From contig OZ024743.1 in NCBI GenBank assembly GCA_964016885.1, positions 343,294,001 to 343,358,000 of the forward strand: a DNA stretch of 64,000 bases, in the 5' to 3' direction. Made by a program: the position numbers and the translations under genes. The stretch is from Eledone cirrhosa (Eukaryota). How positions within the stretch are numbered: the stretch's first letter is position 1; each line of letters begins with the position of its first letter. The notes beneath the pieces were generated by a model. That model did no database searches, was not told the origin of the DNA, and saw nothing but the letters and a program-made list of their open reading frames with translations. Below, piece by piece: positions 1-16,165 of the stretch.

Positions 1-194
1 TTTACCCGTTTCAGCCATCCGGCTGAGGCCATATTATTATAAGAAATTATATATATATTATAAGAAATTTTTGCTGAAAGGTGAAAGTACTACAAATATT
101 CGAGATATTATGATTTACAGATAATATATTAAAAATATAAATTGTTAAAAACGATAGGATCATTTTGAAGATTTATAGGAATATTATAAATTAC

Positions 195-620
195 ACATAG
201 TTCTGAATGTAGAATTTTGGCGATGTCTGCAAGAATTAAATAATTCTGTTCTGAGATTAATAGAGTTTTGACAGTTAATTATATAAAAAAAATTTCTTCA
301 ATACACAATTTACAGAATTTTGATAAAGCCATATTTCGGTACGCAGGTGCCTTCAAAATCGTTTTCCAAGATATTGAATAGTCTATATTCTTGCTTTTTA
401 AGTTCCATTTAAGATGTGAAAGAGAAGTAGAAGGTTTTTTATCAGATCTTCTAAAAGAATGATTGTGGTTATTCCAGCGATCTTTAAATTTTGTAGAAGT
501 GGCACCGACAGTTAAATATATTATCACTAGTTTTAACTGTGCATTTATAGACTACATTTTTATCTAAACACTTATTTGGTAAAGGGCAGTTTGATTTGAT
601 TCTTCAGTTACATTTTATAC
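195..620 (-). pseudogene. Penelope-like element GIY-YIG endonuclease remnant
   Basis: ORF 279-527 (VGATSTKFKDRWNNH...STSLS...ISWKTIL...CKLCIEE) fits the PLE GIY-YIG C-terminal pattern. Upstream minus strand reads SNCPLPNKCLDKNVVYKCTV and downstream INLRTELFNSCRH, both across stops or frameshifts. Confidence 0.8.
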
Positions 621-949
621 ATTTAACCCACTACAATATTATAAGATAAATACTTACAAACATAATTCTCCATATAAATATATACATAAAATTTATTTCC
701 TCCAAATTAACATATATAAGTGGTCTTCTTTTTTTCCCTTTTCCTTCCTTTTCTTTTTCTCTTACTAATATATCAAAACTTTCCATAGCGTATAAAATAA
801 CAGTTTTTCAATCATATAACTCAACCTTATTTACATATTCATTTGCATAATCCTCCATAAATTTGAAAAATCCGTTCTATAATCTCACTACCCAAGGAAT
901 ATTCAACTGATATTCCTTGGCTATGTCAAAATTTATAAAACACTTTGTA

Positions 950-1004
950 TTTTATCTGATGAAAGCGTACCAAAGTTTTTGGTACCCTTGAAATATATAT
1001 AAAA
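950..1004 (+). ncRNA. Minimal type I hammerhead ribozyme, degenerate near the cleavage site
   Basis: ttttat-CTGATGA-aag c gtaccaaa/tttggtac c ctt-GAAA-tatat-ataaaa. About 3 nt shorter around the UH site than the 9151 and 11008 copies. Confidence 0.7.
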
Positions 1005-1037
1005 GAATAAATATGGTTTTATAAATGTAGTTTCCAT

Positions 1038-1282
1038 GGAGGCACATGGCTTAGTGGTTAGAGCATTGGCCTTGCAATCGAAAGGTTGTGAGTTCAATTC
1101 TCAGACCGGGTGATGTGTTGTTTCCTTGAGCAAGACACTTTATTTCACATTGCTCCAGTGCACTCACTGTAAATGAGGTTGGTGTTAGGAAGGGCATCCA
1201 GCTGTAGAAATCAAGCCAGAATCAGTTCCTGTCCCACCCTTGCAAGCAGGGAAAAAGCAGACGTAAAAATGAAATGAAATGA
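1038..1282 (+). mobile_element. tRNA-derived CORE-type SINE with RTE-derived 3' tail (family A)
   Basis: A box TGGCTTAGTGG, B box GAGTTCAATTC, CORE-like ccttgagcaagacactt, tail ggttggtgttaggaagggcatccagctgtagaaa shared with the RTE 3' UTR, (aaatg)n end. Confidence 0.85.
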
Positions 1283-1542
1283 TTTATTTAATATCATTGA
1301 ATATTTACTCCAGAAATCTGTCGAGTTTTCTGAATCAGTTATAAACATTTATATTTGTTGAATTTCCAACAAATTAAATATCCCTTCCACTTATATATAT
1401 TTTATTATTTTTTTCATTCTTAAATTGGTTTTGTTATTGTGTATTTTCACTCAATTTTATTGTAAACCCCCACTGTCCCTGTCTTTGTATAGTCCCCTAT
1501 ATGTCGGCCCTTGTGGCCAATAAATGAAACCATTATTATTAT

Positions 1543-1738
1543 TGGCAGTATCGGTAGAGAGTCGGACACCATGCTTTGCAGCACAGAGTTATGTCCTTTT
1601 ACAGTCTGAGTTCAAATCCCGCCGAGGTTAACTTTGCCTTTTATTCTTACAAGGTTGATAAAGTACCAGTAATGCACTGGGATAATTTCTGGCCTTGTAC
1701 CAAAAGTAGAAACATTATTATTATTATTATTATTATTA
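1543..1738 (+). mobile_element. tRNA-derived SINE with Nin/Deu-like domain (family B)
   Basis: B box gagttcaaatccc, then aactttgcctttt...gataaagtaccag, (tta)n tail. Many copies in the window. Confidence 0.75.
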
Positions 1739-3682
1739 CTAGCAGAAAAACCACCCTTTGGGTGGTTTTCTGCTAGCATGTGTAGTGTGTATGTTGATAT
1801 TATACACAGGTATATATACATGTAGATATGATACACCAAATAAAATCGTAATTGACAATATACACAGAAATTGAACGAAGACTGTGTTACACTGTCTTAT
1901 GTAATCAGTAACGTAATCCATGATACATTAAAAAAAGACGATATTATATATAAACTGCATTAGGAGAAAATTAGTGATAGAAAATTAATATGTTTATTTA
2001 AGCGATCGCCACCGGAAGTGTTGACATTTGAAAGTTTTAAAGAAGTGAATCTTTAAATAAATAATAAAATATATTTAATCAACAACCACGAAATTTAGTA
2101 GATAAATTATGTAATATTCATTCATTATTCATTCAAAGTAATCCAACTTATTTTACAAACGGGATTAAAAAAAATAAACCGTACGTAATCCCGCAGACCT
2201 TCCTTTATTATAGTTTAGATTACAATGAGGATGCTGATGATGATGATCATAGTAGTGATTTTACTTGTGTTGGGGTTAGTAATAGAAGTAGTAAAGTCAT
2301 CATTATGACTTTTTTGAACTGCATAGAGAAGGGCAGTGATATCAAGATCTTAGATACATACACCACAGTAAAACTATATAGATTACACACACACACACAC
2401 ACACAGGTTCTCATGCCTGAACTAAGCTCCATGTATCATACATTACATTGAGGTGGTCAAGCTTTGTATTGAGCAGACAACTGTCGCGCGCGCGTGCGTG
2501 CGTGCGTGCGTGTGTGTGTATGCATATTTCTATGCATATGTATGTATGTTTTCTGTTTCTCTTAATTTTGAGTTTATTTTTGACCTGCTACATTCCTGGT
2601 GGCAAGATTGCAAAGAAAAGGTAATGTTCGTTGTCCTTTATGCGATCCTTTGAATTGTAAGACTATGTTACAGATTTTGAAAATTCCAGATATCGAGGCC
2701 ATTTGTTGCTTATGAATTAAGGAGCTACGTTCTTTCTCTAAAAATCCAAATTCAGTCATACAGGTCTAGGCAGGTTGGTAATAATAAATATGAAGCTAAA
2801 TGTTTATGAACGTATGTTAGTGTGTGTGTGTATGAATGTGTACATGTAGTGGGCATGCATGTATGTATACTATGCCTCAGCTAATGTAGATCAAACATAC
2901 AATTATGTTCAAATAATTACTAATAGAAACATGATAGTGAAAATTAGGATAGCCATGGACAGCTTAAATTGGATAAACTACAAAACCGCACACACAAACA
3001 TGCAAACAGACATCCAAATATGCACACATACACACAAAAAACACGAATATACACATGCACACATCCACACACAAGAAACATGCATATACACACTCCACTC
3101 GCACAGACTCTCATATACTCACCCAAACATGTTTATGTATTTTCCATATAGAAATGTAATAGTGCTCAATATACCATTTGTAGTGAGTGAGAAAGAATTA
3201 TTCAGTGAAGGTGTTTATGTTAGTGAGTACGTATGTGAAAAAATGAATGAGAGTGTGTGTATGTGAAAGAATCAGTGAGAGAGTGTGTGTATGTGTGGAG
3301 GAATGAGTGAGGGAGTGTATGTGAGAGTAAGTATGTGTGAGTGAATGAATGTGAATGTGTCTGTATGAGTGATTGCATATGTATGTGTGAGTATATGTGT
3401 GTAAATATGTATGTGTGTTTGTCTATGTGAGTGTGTGTGTATATGCGAGTTTATGTGTGGATCTATATATACATCTATGCATATGTGTATGTGTGTATGG
3501 CCAATGCTCTAACCACTAAGCCATGTGCCTCCATATTACAGACATAAATTGATAATAGATGTAAATACCAATTTAAGGTGGTAAGTTGGCAGAGTTTTTG
3601 GGAGTGTCAGTGTTTTGAGTTCACATCTCAACAAGATCAATTTTGTCTTTCATTCATTACGTTGTTCATGTTACAATTTTTT

Positions 3683-4735
3683 TTCTGGGTGGGAAATAAT
3701 GAGCTGGGTGGAGTAGGGATCATGTTAGCAGAAAAATGGTTAGATAAGGTAATTGTTGTAAATAGCATGAATGACAGAATCATTAAAAATAAACTAGTAC
3801 TAAATAGAATAACAGTGTCAATTATATCTGCTTAGGCACCCCAATCTGGACTGTCGGATACTAAAAGACAGGCTCTATGAGTCCCTTAATGCACACTACT
3901 TCCCAAATAAGCGACAGTGACTTCATAATCATTGCAGGCGACTTTAATGGGCATGTCAGGCAACACTGTGATGGCTTCGACAGGATCGACGAGGGTTATG
4001 GGTTTGGTGCTAGAAACCCATTGATCTATCTATCTGTAACATGAGCTTCAAAAAACAAGACAATCACTTGATCACCTATAGATCGGGGGAGCATACCAGC
4101 CAGATAGATTTTATCCTTACCAGAAGACAAGACAGAGTGACAGTTGTAAATACAAAGGTATGTTGCTTGATGCTTTTGTGGGTAAGGAAGAGCAAATAGA
4201 GACATACAATATAAAGGAGCAGTGGGAATTCCTGAAAGATAACCTACTAAAGGTGATAAATGAATTCTGTGGTTGGAGCAGGTCCCTAGGAAGAAGGAGA
4301 GTGACTTGGTGGCAAAACAGTAAAATGGAGGAGACAATTAAGGCCAAATGACAAGCATAGAAAGAATGGCAGGATGCAAGGGAGTTAAGAACACACCAAG
4401 GAGGCTAGGAGAGAAGCTAGGCAACAAGTGTACTTTGCAAGAAGGAAAGCGGAAAATAAAAAATGTAAGCATGTTCTGCAACGCAAGCACCAAAGGCATT
4501 CAAAGGTGTTCAGGATAGCGAGGCAGTGTGTCAGAGAAAATGTTGATGTTGATGGAGAGAAGTGTGTCCATGATGATAATGGAGTATGTTAGGAAGGGGC
4601 ATCAAGCTGTAGAAACCAAGCCGGAAACAGTTCTATATGAGCGAGACAGTCACCCCATCTGACTTGCCTCAAATGGGATAACCCATCTAACCTATGCTAG
4701 CATAGAAAATTGACATTAAACAACAATGATAATGG
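3683..4735 (+). pseudogene. Degraded RTE LINE fragment (APE endonuclease region) plus RTE-type tail
   Basis: GVGIMLAEKW...DRII...IISA, IAGDFNGHV and WWQNSKMEETIKAK motifs align by eye with the 51757-54411 copy; several stops and deletions. Confidence 0.8.
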
Positions 4736-4770
<35 letters not shown>

Positions 4771-5155
4771 TTTACTGTTTCAACAGCAAATGTAAAATCT
4801 TAATAGGAGGGTAGAAAATCCTTATGATATTTATAATAGACATTTCATCTTTTTTTCGTCAAGGCTGAAAAACAGGCTTTCTGTATGATGCAGAGTAAAG
4901 AACCCAATTGTCGCCATATAAATCTCTTGGATTTATAAGGATAGCATTGCCCCAAAACATTAAACTGCTGGCCTGACAGTTTCCTTTTAAACAAAGAGAG
5001 TGAATCTCAATGGTGACATTGCTAGCTCAAACAAAGAAATTGGTATCTCAGTTAGTCTGACAGAGGCCAAAGGTCAGTGCGTGCCAATAATCCGAACACA
5101 TGGGAATATGTGTTCTCTATATATATGTGCGCGCGCGTGTGTAGATATATATATA

Positions 5156-5285
5156 TTTTAAATAAAGGAAAAGAATGACTTCACTTCTAGTGTTAAATAA
5201 TTAGATTTAATTTTATAATATAATATTATGAGTTGGTAGATCTAGTTTAGATCTACCAACTCATCTATATATATAAAACTGAGGA

Positions 5286-5317
<32 letters not shown>

Positions 5318-5847
5318 AATCCCTAAAACTCGAGAAGTACCCAACTGATTTTTTTCAAACTTTACATGTGTATTACTTATGTTTCAGGGAGTGTTATGCA
5401 CCTAAAAAAATTCAACCTTTTGATCCCCTAGGTGAAAAACTTCCTTTTTTCAGCTTTTTAGGGCTTTTTTGAGGCGTTACGTGTAGCCGATTTTCCCGAA
5501 ATTTCAAGGCATATCATGCACATAAAAGAAATTCATTTTCTTGATCCCCTAGGGCCCGCATTAGGTGAAAACCTGCATTTTTCCTGCTTCATCAAGGAAA
5601 ATATTAAAGATTATCCAGCCATCAGAGTATTCGATTTATTTTCTTTACATGTCCAGGCATGCAGTTTTTCCATGATTAGGTCTGTTGGCGCCCGCATTCC
5701 AAATACCTTATCCCGTGCAACGCCGGGTACCACTGCTAGTAATATAATATTATAAAATTAAATCAACTTATTTAACACTACAAGTGAAGGTCATTCTTTT
5801 CCTTTTTTTCAAATATACCTAACTGTACCAAGGATCTCACACATTTT

Positions 5848-5850
<3 letters not shown>
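5156..5850. repeat. Asymmetric fold-back of a PLE 3' end, interrupted by a Helitron
   Basis: 5156-5244 is the reverse complement of 5248-5263 joined to 5740-5816. The right arm ends aatatacctaactgtaccaaggatctcacacattttc, matching the PLE terminus at 36210-36290 (-). Confidence 0.8.
5264..5739 (+). mobile_element. Non-autonomous Helitron
   Basis: 5' TCTATATATATAAAA, 3' cccgtgcaacgccggg hairpin then CTAG, inserted between A and T with no TSD. Second copy ends at 33666. Confidence 0.85.
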
Positions 5851-8606
<2,756 letters not shown>

Positions 8607-9150
8607 ATATATATATATATAATAGTTAGTTAAAATAGAAGTTAAAATCTATGAGTTAAATTAAATTATATAAATTTTTAATTAAATAAATATATAAATA
8701 TGTGAAAGCTATGAAAAGTAATATATATTGGTTAATTTTGATATATTATATTAGTATAATTAGCTTAAATACTAGAGGTATTCAATGGGCTATGCTACCT
8801 AATATTTGAAAACAACGGTTTTTTCTACTCTTTTGTCGTTATTTCTTCTTTCTTTCTTCTTTTTCTTCTTGTTTATGTATATTTCTTCATCTTTTTCACC
8901 CATCTATATATTCATTGATATATGTATTTTTTAAATTTTATCTCTTTCTTTTTCTTATATTTTTTTTGCATATCTTCTTCTTTACACACTCTCTTATATC
9001 TCTAATTCGCTCCACGTCCTTTTCTTCTTTAAGTTTATCATATTATTATTTGTGGTATATAAATGTTGAGATTTGATGAAATAAATCACTGCCAATACTG
9101 GAATTGAAATATCAAGACCGTAGAGGTAAGTCATATATCAAATCATATAT

Positions 9151-9214
9151 TTTATCTGACGAGGACGTACTGAAAAAAAAAAAAACACAGTACCTTCGAA
9201 ATATATATAATAAA
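9151..9214 (+). ncRNA. Minimal type I hammerhead ribozyme
   Basis: tttat-CTGACGA-gga c gtactg/A-rich loop/cagtac c ttc-GAAA-tatata-TA-ataaa. Complete core, 5-bp stem I, palindromic stem III. Confidence 0.85.
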
Positions 9215-9355
9215 GCATATATTTTGATGTGAATATCTTCATTTGTTAATATTTTGAATAATATTAAAACTCCAGGAATATTTCACTGTAGAGTGCTTTT
9301 AATCTATTGTAAAACGGTATTCATTGAGTAATCAATGAACCATATTAATCTTTGG

Positions 9356-9388
<33 letters not shown>

Positions 9389-9391
<3 letters not shown>

Positions 9392-9925
9392 GGGTTGGAG
9401 AAAATAATGGAAACACCTAGCATCATAGCATCATAATTTTGAAATAGCTATAAAATCCTCAAAAGCTTGTTTATTTTTGGTTTTTTTACTTATTATTAGT
9501 GTTGCTTAATATGTTTTGTTAAAATTGCTGTTTCTTTTCAGATATCAGCAGAAAAAGGTAATTAAAATTCATTAAAATGACAAATCTATCGGACTTTCAA
9601 AGAGGTCAAATTTTTGGTGCTCGTATGGCAGGCGCTAGCGTAACGAAAACAGCCGAAATGTTTGGTGTATCAAGAAGTACTGTCTCGAAAGTAATGACAG
9701 CCTTTGAGAAAGAGGGAAAAACTTCCTCGTCGAAAAAAAACTCCGGAAGAAAACCAAAACTTTCGGATAGGGACCGTCGGACTCTTACACGAATTGTTAG
9801 AAAGGATCACAAAAGTACAGCTCCCAAAATTACTGCAGAGCTTAATGACCACCTCGAGAACAATCAAAATAAACAAGCTATGATGCTATGATGCTAGGTG
9901 TTTCCATTATTTTGTCCAACCCCCG
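9389..9925 (+). mobile_element. Internally deleted Tc1/mariner transposon
   Basis: About 47-bp TIRs (caggggttggagaaaataatggaaacacctagcatcatagcatcata and its near-perfect inverse) flanked by TA. Confidence 0.93.
9577..9891 (+). CDS. Truncated Tc1 transposase, N-terminal HTH DNA-binding domain only
   Basis: LSDFQRGQI.GAR.AG.SV...A..FGVSRSTVSKV...SGRKPKLSDRDRRTL; no DDE domain before the right TIR. Confidence 0.8.
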   Translation: MTNLSDFQRGQIFGARMAGASVTKTAEMFGVSRSTVSKVMTAFEKEGKTSSSKKNSGRKPKLSDRDRRTLTRIVRKDHKSTAPKITAELNDHLENNQNKQAMML

Positions 9926-10269
9926 TATATATATCATTTAATGTGTTTTCCCTGATGGAGTAACTGGAGCAATGACAGAATGAGAGGACCAAAATAGACA
10001 TTAATATGCTCACAGAATGTGGGACAGAAGAGCTTTGGCAATGAAATAACCATTTGCATGCTCAACCAACCAATGAATGGATTAGTTACACAAGTAACAA
10101 AAAGTAAATTGAAGAGAAACAACTAGTGCATGCGGGTTTTATTAACAGCATGACCATCCCAATAACATGTGATGGGGGGGGGGGCACTATCTATCATCAG
10201 AGTTCTGCCCCTCCTGCTTCTCTCTCTCTCTCTCTTAAACATACAAAGATAATATATCTTCCTGTATGT

Positions 10270-10415
10270 GAGAGAGAGAGAGAGAGAGAGAGAGGAGGAG
10301 AGAGAGAGGGAGAGAGAGGGGGAGAGAGAGAGGGAGAGAGAGAGTTAGAGAAAGAGAGAGAGGGGGAGAAAGAGAAAGAGAGGGGGGGGGAGAGCGGGGG
10401 GAGGGAGAAAGAGAG
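10270..10415. repeat. (GA)n / purine-rich tract
   Basis: Direct reading. Confidence 0.9.
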
Positions 10416-10649
10416 AGGAAAGTGGTACAGACAAACATTCTGTGAAACTACAGCTGATACAGTAATACTTAATGATAAATTTCATGTTATCCTAATGAAA
10501 TAATTACCAGGGATTAATACTTTCAAGTATTTGTGGAATAGATATATTAGTCATTACTATATTATAATTACTTATATCTCTGTTCCACAAACACTTGATG
10601 TTACATTGATATATATACGCACATATATATCAACACAGGTGCACATTGA

Positions 10650-10688
<39 letters not shown>

Positions 10689-11007
10689 ATAAAAAGAGTG
10701 GGGGGGGGAGGTAAAAACCCACCTGCAATGCATAGCGGTTTTGGCTTGTATTCCATAAGCCTTTCCAAATACACCTTTGTATACAAGTCAAAACCGATCA
10801 GCACCGCAGTCATGTTTTTACCTACCTCTAAACCCACTCTGCTTCTTCCTATGCACAGAATACACCCCTGATTTGTGGTCTTCCCAGCCTCGGCACCACA
10901 GACATTATATATATATATATATATATATATCCCCGATGTCTTCCAAAAGTAACGGTTGCATTTTGAAAGGGTATGTCAATATTTATTTATAAAACTGGTA
11001 TATATTG

Positions 11008-11072
11008 TATTTTGTCTGATGAAAGCATACCATAATTTAACATGGTATCCTTGAAATATGTATAATAAAATA
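11008..11072 (+). ncRNA. Minimal type I hammerhead ribozyme
   Basis: tattttgt-CTGATGA-aag c ataccat/atggtat c ctt-GAAA-tatgta-TA-ataaaata. Downstream atatggttttataaatatagtttccat matches the flank of the 950 copy. Confidence 0.85.
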
Positions 11073-11111
11073 GATATGGTTTTATAAATATAGTTTCCAT
11101 TTGTTAATATC

Positions 11112-11164
<53 letters not shown>

Positions 11165-11271
11165 TATGTATATATATGTATATAAATGAATTGATTTTTC
11201 AAAGGCATTTGATTCCAAAAATAGGGAAAGAATGTTCCAAATTCTTTAAGCATATGGCATACCACTTTTAT

Positions 11272-11610
11272 TCATGATCACTGTTTTATGTCCATTCTTC
11301 CACGCTGGCATAGGTTAGATGGGTTGTCCTGTTGAGGGCAATGCCAGGTCGGGTGACCTTGTCTTGCTCATACGGGAACTGATTTTGGACTTATATCTAC
11401 AGCTGGATGCACTTCCTAACAGCAACCTCATTTACAGTGATTACTGGGTGTTTTTTTACCGTGGTGCATACACGACCACTTTACAGTGTGGGCTGGATGC
11501 TTTTTTGTCGTGACACCTACACGACCACTTTGCAGGGGGGGGGGGGGGGGGCATATTGTCATATTGTCAGCTTCGGCTTGTCCCCGTGGGAAGTCGGGTC
11601 TTCTGTATTA
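11272..11610 (-). mobile_element. RTE 3'-end fragment / RTE-tailed SINE
   Basis: Reverse complement of the 18235-18615 type sequence. Confidence 0.75.
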
Positions 11611-11611
11611 T

Positions 11612-12470
11612 TAAATACAATTAAATTAATCTATAAAAACACAGAAACCATGATGATCACCCCAGATGGCGAAACCACTTTTTCCAATATTTTAGCCAGC
11701 ATGTTTTAGGGTGATACATTAGTTTTGGATTATTCATTGAAAGCATCATTTAAAATGCCTGATAGAGATTGTGGAATTGTTATAGAACCCATGTGGGAGA
11801 CATGTTATCCTGAGATACAACTAAAGGATTTGGCCTATGCTGATGACATCACACTGATTAATGGGTCACTGCAGTTGGCTGACAATTTATTAAATTGTGT
11901 TGAACATGCAGCAAATATAGTTGGTTTACATCTTAATGCTAGCGAAATAGAAATTGTAACAAATGAATGATGATTATCAAGTAAAATCCTTAACTGGTCA
12001 AATCATTAATCAGGTGGAACAATTTATATATTTAGGCAGTTATATCCTAGAAAGCAAGGATGATTTTAATGTATGGAAAGGAATAGTATGGGCTGCAGTA
12101 AATCAACTAAACAAAAGATGGAAGTCTAACAGAGAGAAAATTGAAACAGATTTTTCAAGGCATGTGTAGAAAGTATTCTGTTATATAACTTAGAAACTTG
12201 GACCATAACACATAACCTAGAAATAAAAACAGATGGATTATATACTAAACTTCTGAGAAGAATTATTAACATCAGCTGCAGAGATCATATAACTAACAAA
12301 AAGCTATACCAAGGCCTGTCACATCTGTCAGATACCATTTGGCAGAGATTATTTGACAGGTTTCTAAGCTTTTATTTTAGTCATCATCAGAAGGTAGGTG
12401 GCACAAAAGATCAGGAATGAAGATTTTTCCAAAAATGCTCAGTGAGGATACTGCTATAAAATCTGAAGCA
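11612..12470 (+). pseudogene. Old RTE-clade reverse transcriptase, second family
   Basis: ITPDGETTF...GDTL, DLAYADDITL, VGLHLNAS and VEQFIYLGSYI motifs with stops and frameshifts. Confidence 0.8.
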
Positions 12471-12547
12471 TATGATAAAGCTATATCTATATAAATACAG
12501 ACTGTATAACCAAGACTGCATCAACATGTATAAATATATACACATAT

Positions 12548-13538
<991 letters not shown>

Positions 13539-13543
13539 TTCTC

Positions 13544-13575
13544 ACCTGAGGAAGGGCTTATGCCCGAAACGTCGT
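13544..13575 (+). ncRNA. Minimal hammerhead-like motif, short stem I
   Basis: ac-CTGAGGA-a-gggc ttat gccc-GAAA-cg-TC-gt. Palindromic ACGT stem III; followed by aataaa, a pyrimidine-rich tail and (TA)n. Confidence 0.65.
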
Positions 13576-13663
13576 TCCCCACCACCACCCCACTCTCCAG
13601 AGCGTGAAATTAATAAACATTCGTTGTACTGCCTCTCTGTTTTGTTCCTGTTCAAATTTTTCC

Positions 13664-13719
<56 letters not shown>

Positions 13720-13736
13720 TAAGTTAAAGGCCTTTG

Positions 13737-13778
<42 letters not shown>

Positions 13779-14112
13779 GGAGGCACTTGGCTTAGTGGTT
13801 AGAGCATTGGCCTTGCAATCGAAAGGTTGTGAGTTCAATTCTCAGACTGGGTGATGTGTTGTTTCCTTGAGCAAGACACTTTATTTCACATTGCTCCAGT
13901 TTACTCAGCTGTAGAAATGAGATGATAGGGACCCCACTCCCTATCATTCCACTGCAAAGTGGTCGTGGAGGTGCCATGGCAAAAAAAGCACCCAGCACTC
14001 ACTGTAAATGAGGTTGGTGTTAGGAAGGGCATCCAGCTGTAGAAATCAAGCCAGCATCAGTTCCCGTCCTACCCTTGCAAGCAGGGAAAGGTGGACGTAA
14101 AATGAATGAATG
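13779..14112 (+). mobile_element. SINE family A, full length
   Basis: A and B boxes, CORE-like segment, RTE tail, inserted in (TA)n. Confidence 0.88.
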
Positions 14113-14159
14113 TAAACATGTCAGAAAATAAAAATTTCCCTATAAATTGAAAAAATGAT

Positions 14160-14548
14160 AAACACCTTTAATCAATTTTCGGATCTAATTGGACCTTCAT
14201 TATGTTGATGGAGTCATGCCATTCAGCTGCTAGTGCACCTCTCAATATATAAAGCTTAATTAATTACCAACATGAGAGTTCATTATATATCCGCCGAGGT
14301 TAACTTTGCCTTTCATCCTTACGGGGTCGATAAAATAAAGTATCAGTAATGCACTGGCTAATTGCTGGCCTTGTGCCAAAAAGTAGAAACAATTATATAT
14401 ATGCAAATTAGTACATCCATTTCAGAATAATACTAAGAGTAAATGGTATATATACCCATTAAATGCATGTTTCCTTGTCGTTGATTGGATGATATAATGT
14501 CTTCTGATAAGGGTCTAATCAGATCAGAAAATTGATTAAAGCGGTTTG
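14160..14548. repeat. Old inverted repeat with a decayed hammerhead in each arm; family B SINE fragment inside (14290-14395)
   Basis: Plus 14501-14541 ctt-CTGATAA-gggtctaatcagatca-GAAA-attgat-TA-aag. Minus 14204-14166 ataATGA-aggtccaattagatcc-GAAA-attgat-TA-aag. Confidence 0.65.
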
Positions 14549-14549
14549 C

Positions 14550-15420
14550 AGGAGTTTGGACATGAATACTTAGCTAGTGATGAAGAGTGGGTGAGAATTG
14601 AGGTTGGGGACGGTGCATGGGAGAGGGGGAAGATTGGTGCAGATTAGTGTCTTCTATATGTTTGTTTCATCCTGTGCACATGGGTGAGAGGTTTAATTGT
14701 GTGAGGTCAGCTTTTATCACTTCATTCCAAGCTTTCTAGGTTTTCCTCTTCCATAGATTCCTTAACTTCAAGCGTTCTATACCTTTTTATGCAGCTGTCA
14801 TCCTCCATAAGCATCACATGTCCATATCCCCACAATCTCACTGCATCTGATTTCTCTTGTGCCCAGTTTCTCTCTTAGTTCATTGATGCTTTGCAATTCA
14901 TGCACACTACTATTACACATCTATTGGAGCATAGAGGCTTCATTTCTTTACAATCTCAATAAGTCCTCTGTACACAATGCCCACCTCCATGCAGCATTGC
15001 TGTTTGTACACAAACATCATACAATCTGCTTTTCAGGAAAAAAAAGCTTTTATATCTAGCAACAGTAGTAGCTCCCTGGACTTTTTCCATCCCGTTCTCA
15101 CTCTGGCTACTGTACTTTCAGAACACCCACCTCCACTGCTAATTTGGTCACCCATGTAACAGAAGCTATCTACTACTTCCAAAGAGCCCTCTGAGCATTT
15201 AATAGAAACTGTTTCATGTGAGCTCTTACGGCTTATTGCTTCTATGCACCGACCACATATAAACTATGTTCTTTACTAGCCTGCTTGAGATCCCACGACA
15301 TCGCATAGGAATCCATAGTTTGCATTTGGAACATAGAATGGAATTTCTACCTATACCTTTCCTGCACACTGAGCAAAGCTATTTCCCTGAAGTGATCAGG
15401 GCCTTGTTTTCCTTTCTACA
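14550..15420 (-). pseudogene. Degraded RTE LINE 3' part (PHD region to 3' UTR)
   Basis: Reverse-complement similarity to 53580-54400 ([21 protein letters not shown]). Confidence 0.85.
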
Positions 15421-16165
15421 CGGAGTCATTGGGATGCTCTCCTCAGACATGTTCTGGCAGAGCTCATCACTCTCCAAGTTGAAATACACCAGATTTCTTT
15501 CAGAAAGAGAGAAAAAGAGAGTGAGAGAGAATCACCCTCAGTATTGGGCTGGTACAATATCAACCTCAAAAAGATGAATGGCAAAGTTAACCTTGGCAGG
15601 ATTTGAACTTAGAGTGCAGTGAGCCAGAACAAAAACCAAGGCATTTTAAATCCAATGCCCTAATACCTTTGTCAATTCACCACCTAATGCTGCTTTATAC
15701 AGTAAGCACAGAAATCATGAGGGCGACTATATTGCTAGAGCAAGTTAACCTTCAAGTTAAATAACAGATAATGAAAGCTTCTCAATGTATTTTTTTACAT
15801 ACTTATCATATTACAGTTTGAACTAGAATTCTATTTCATTCGCATTACCCACCACCTCAGTTTCTGTTTGGTTTTCCTATTTATACAGAAACTCAATCCC
15901 ATCATCATCATCGTTTTTATGCTCACTTTGTGAATGTTAGCATGGGTCAGACGATACAATTTTCAGGTAAATCTACCAACTGGATGCTCTCCCAACCTAT
16001 ATTTGTTTTCAAAATATGGCCTATATTGCATGAAACACACATATATATACGCATATATATATATGTGTGTGTATGCCCAACCCATGCAAACATGGGAAAA
16101 CAGTCATAAAGATATATATATGTGTGTGTGTGAGAATAAAAACGATGGTGATGATGATGAATGAC

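Noticed and set aside
1038-1110. tRNA-like sequence with A and B boxes
   Set aside because: No proper acceptor stem; continues into a SINE body, so a SINE head rather than a tRNA gene.
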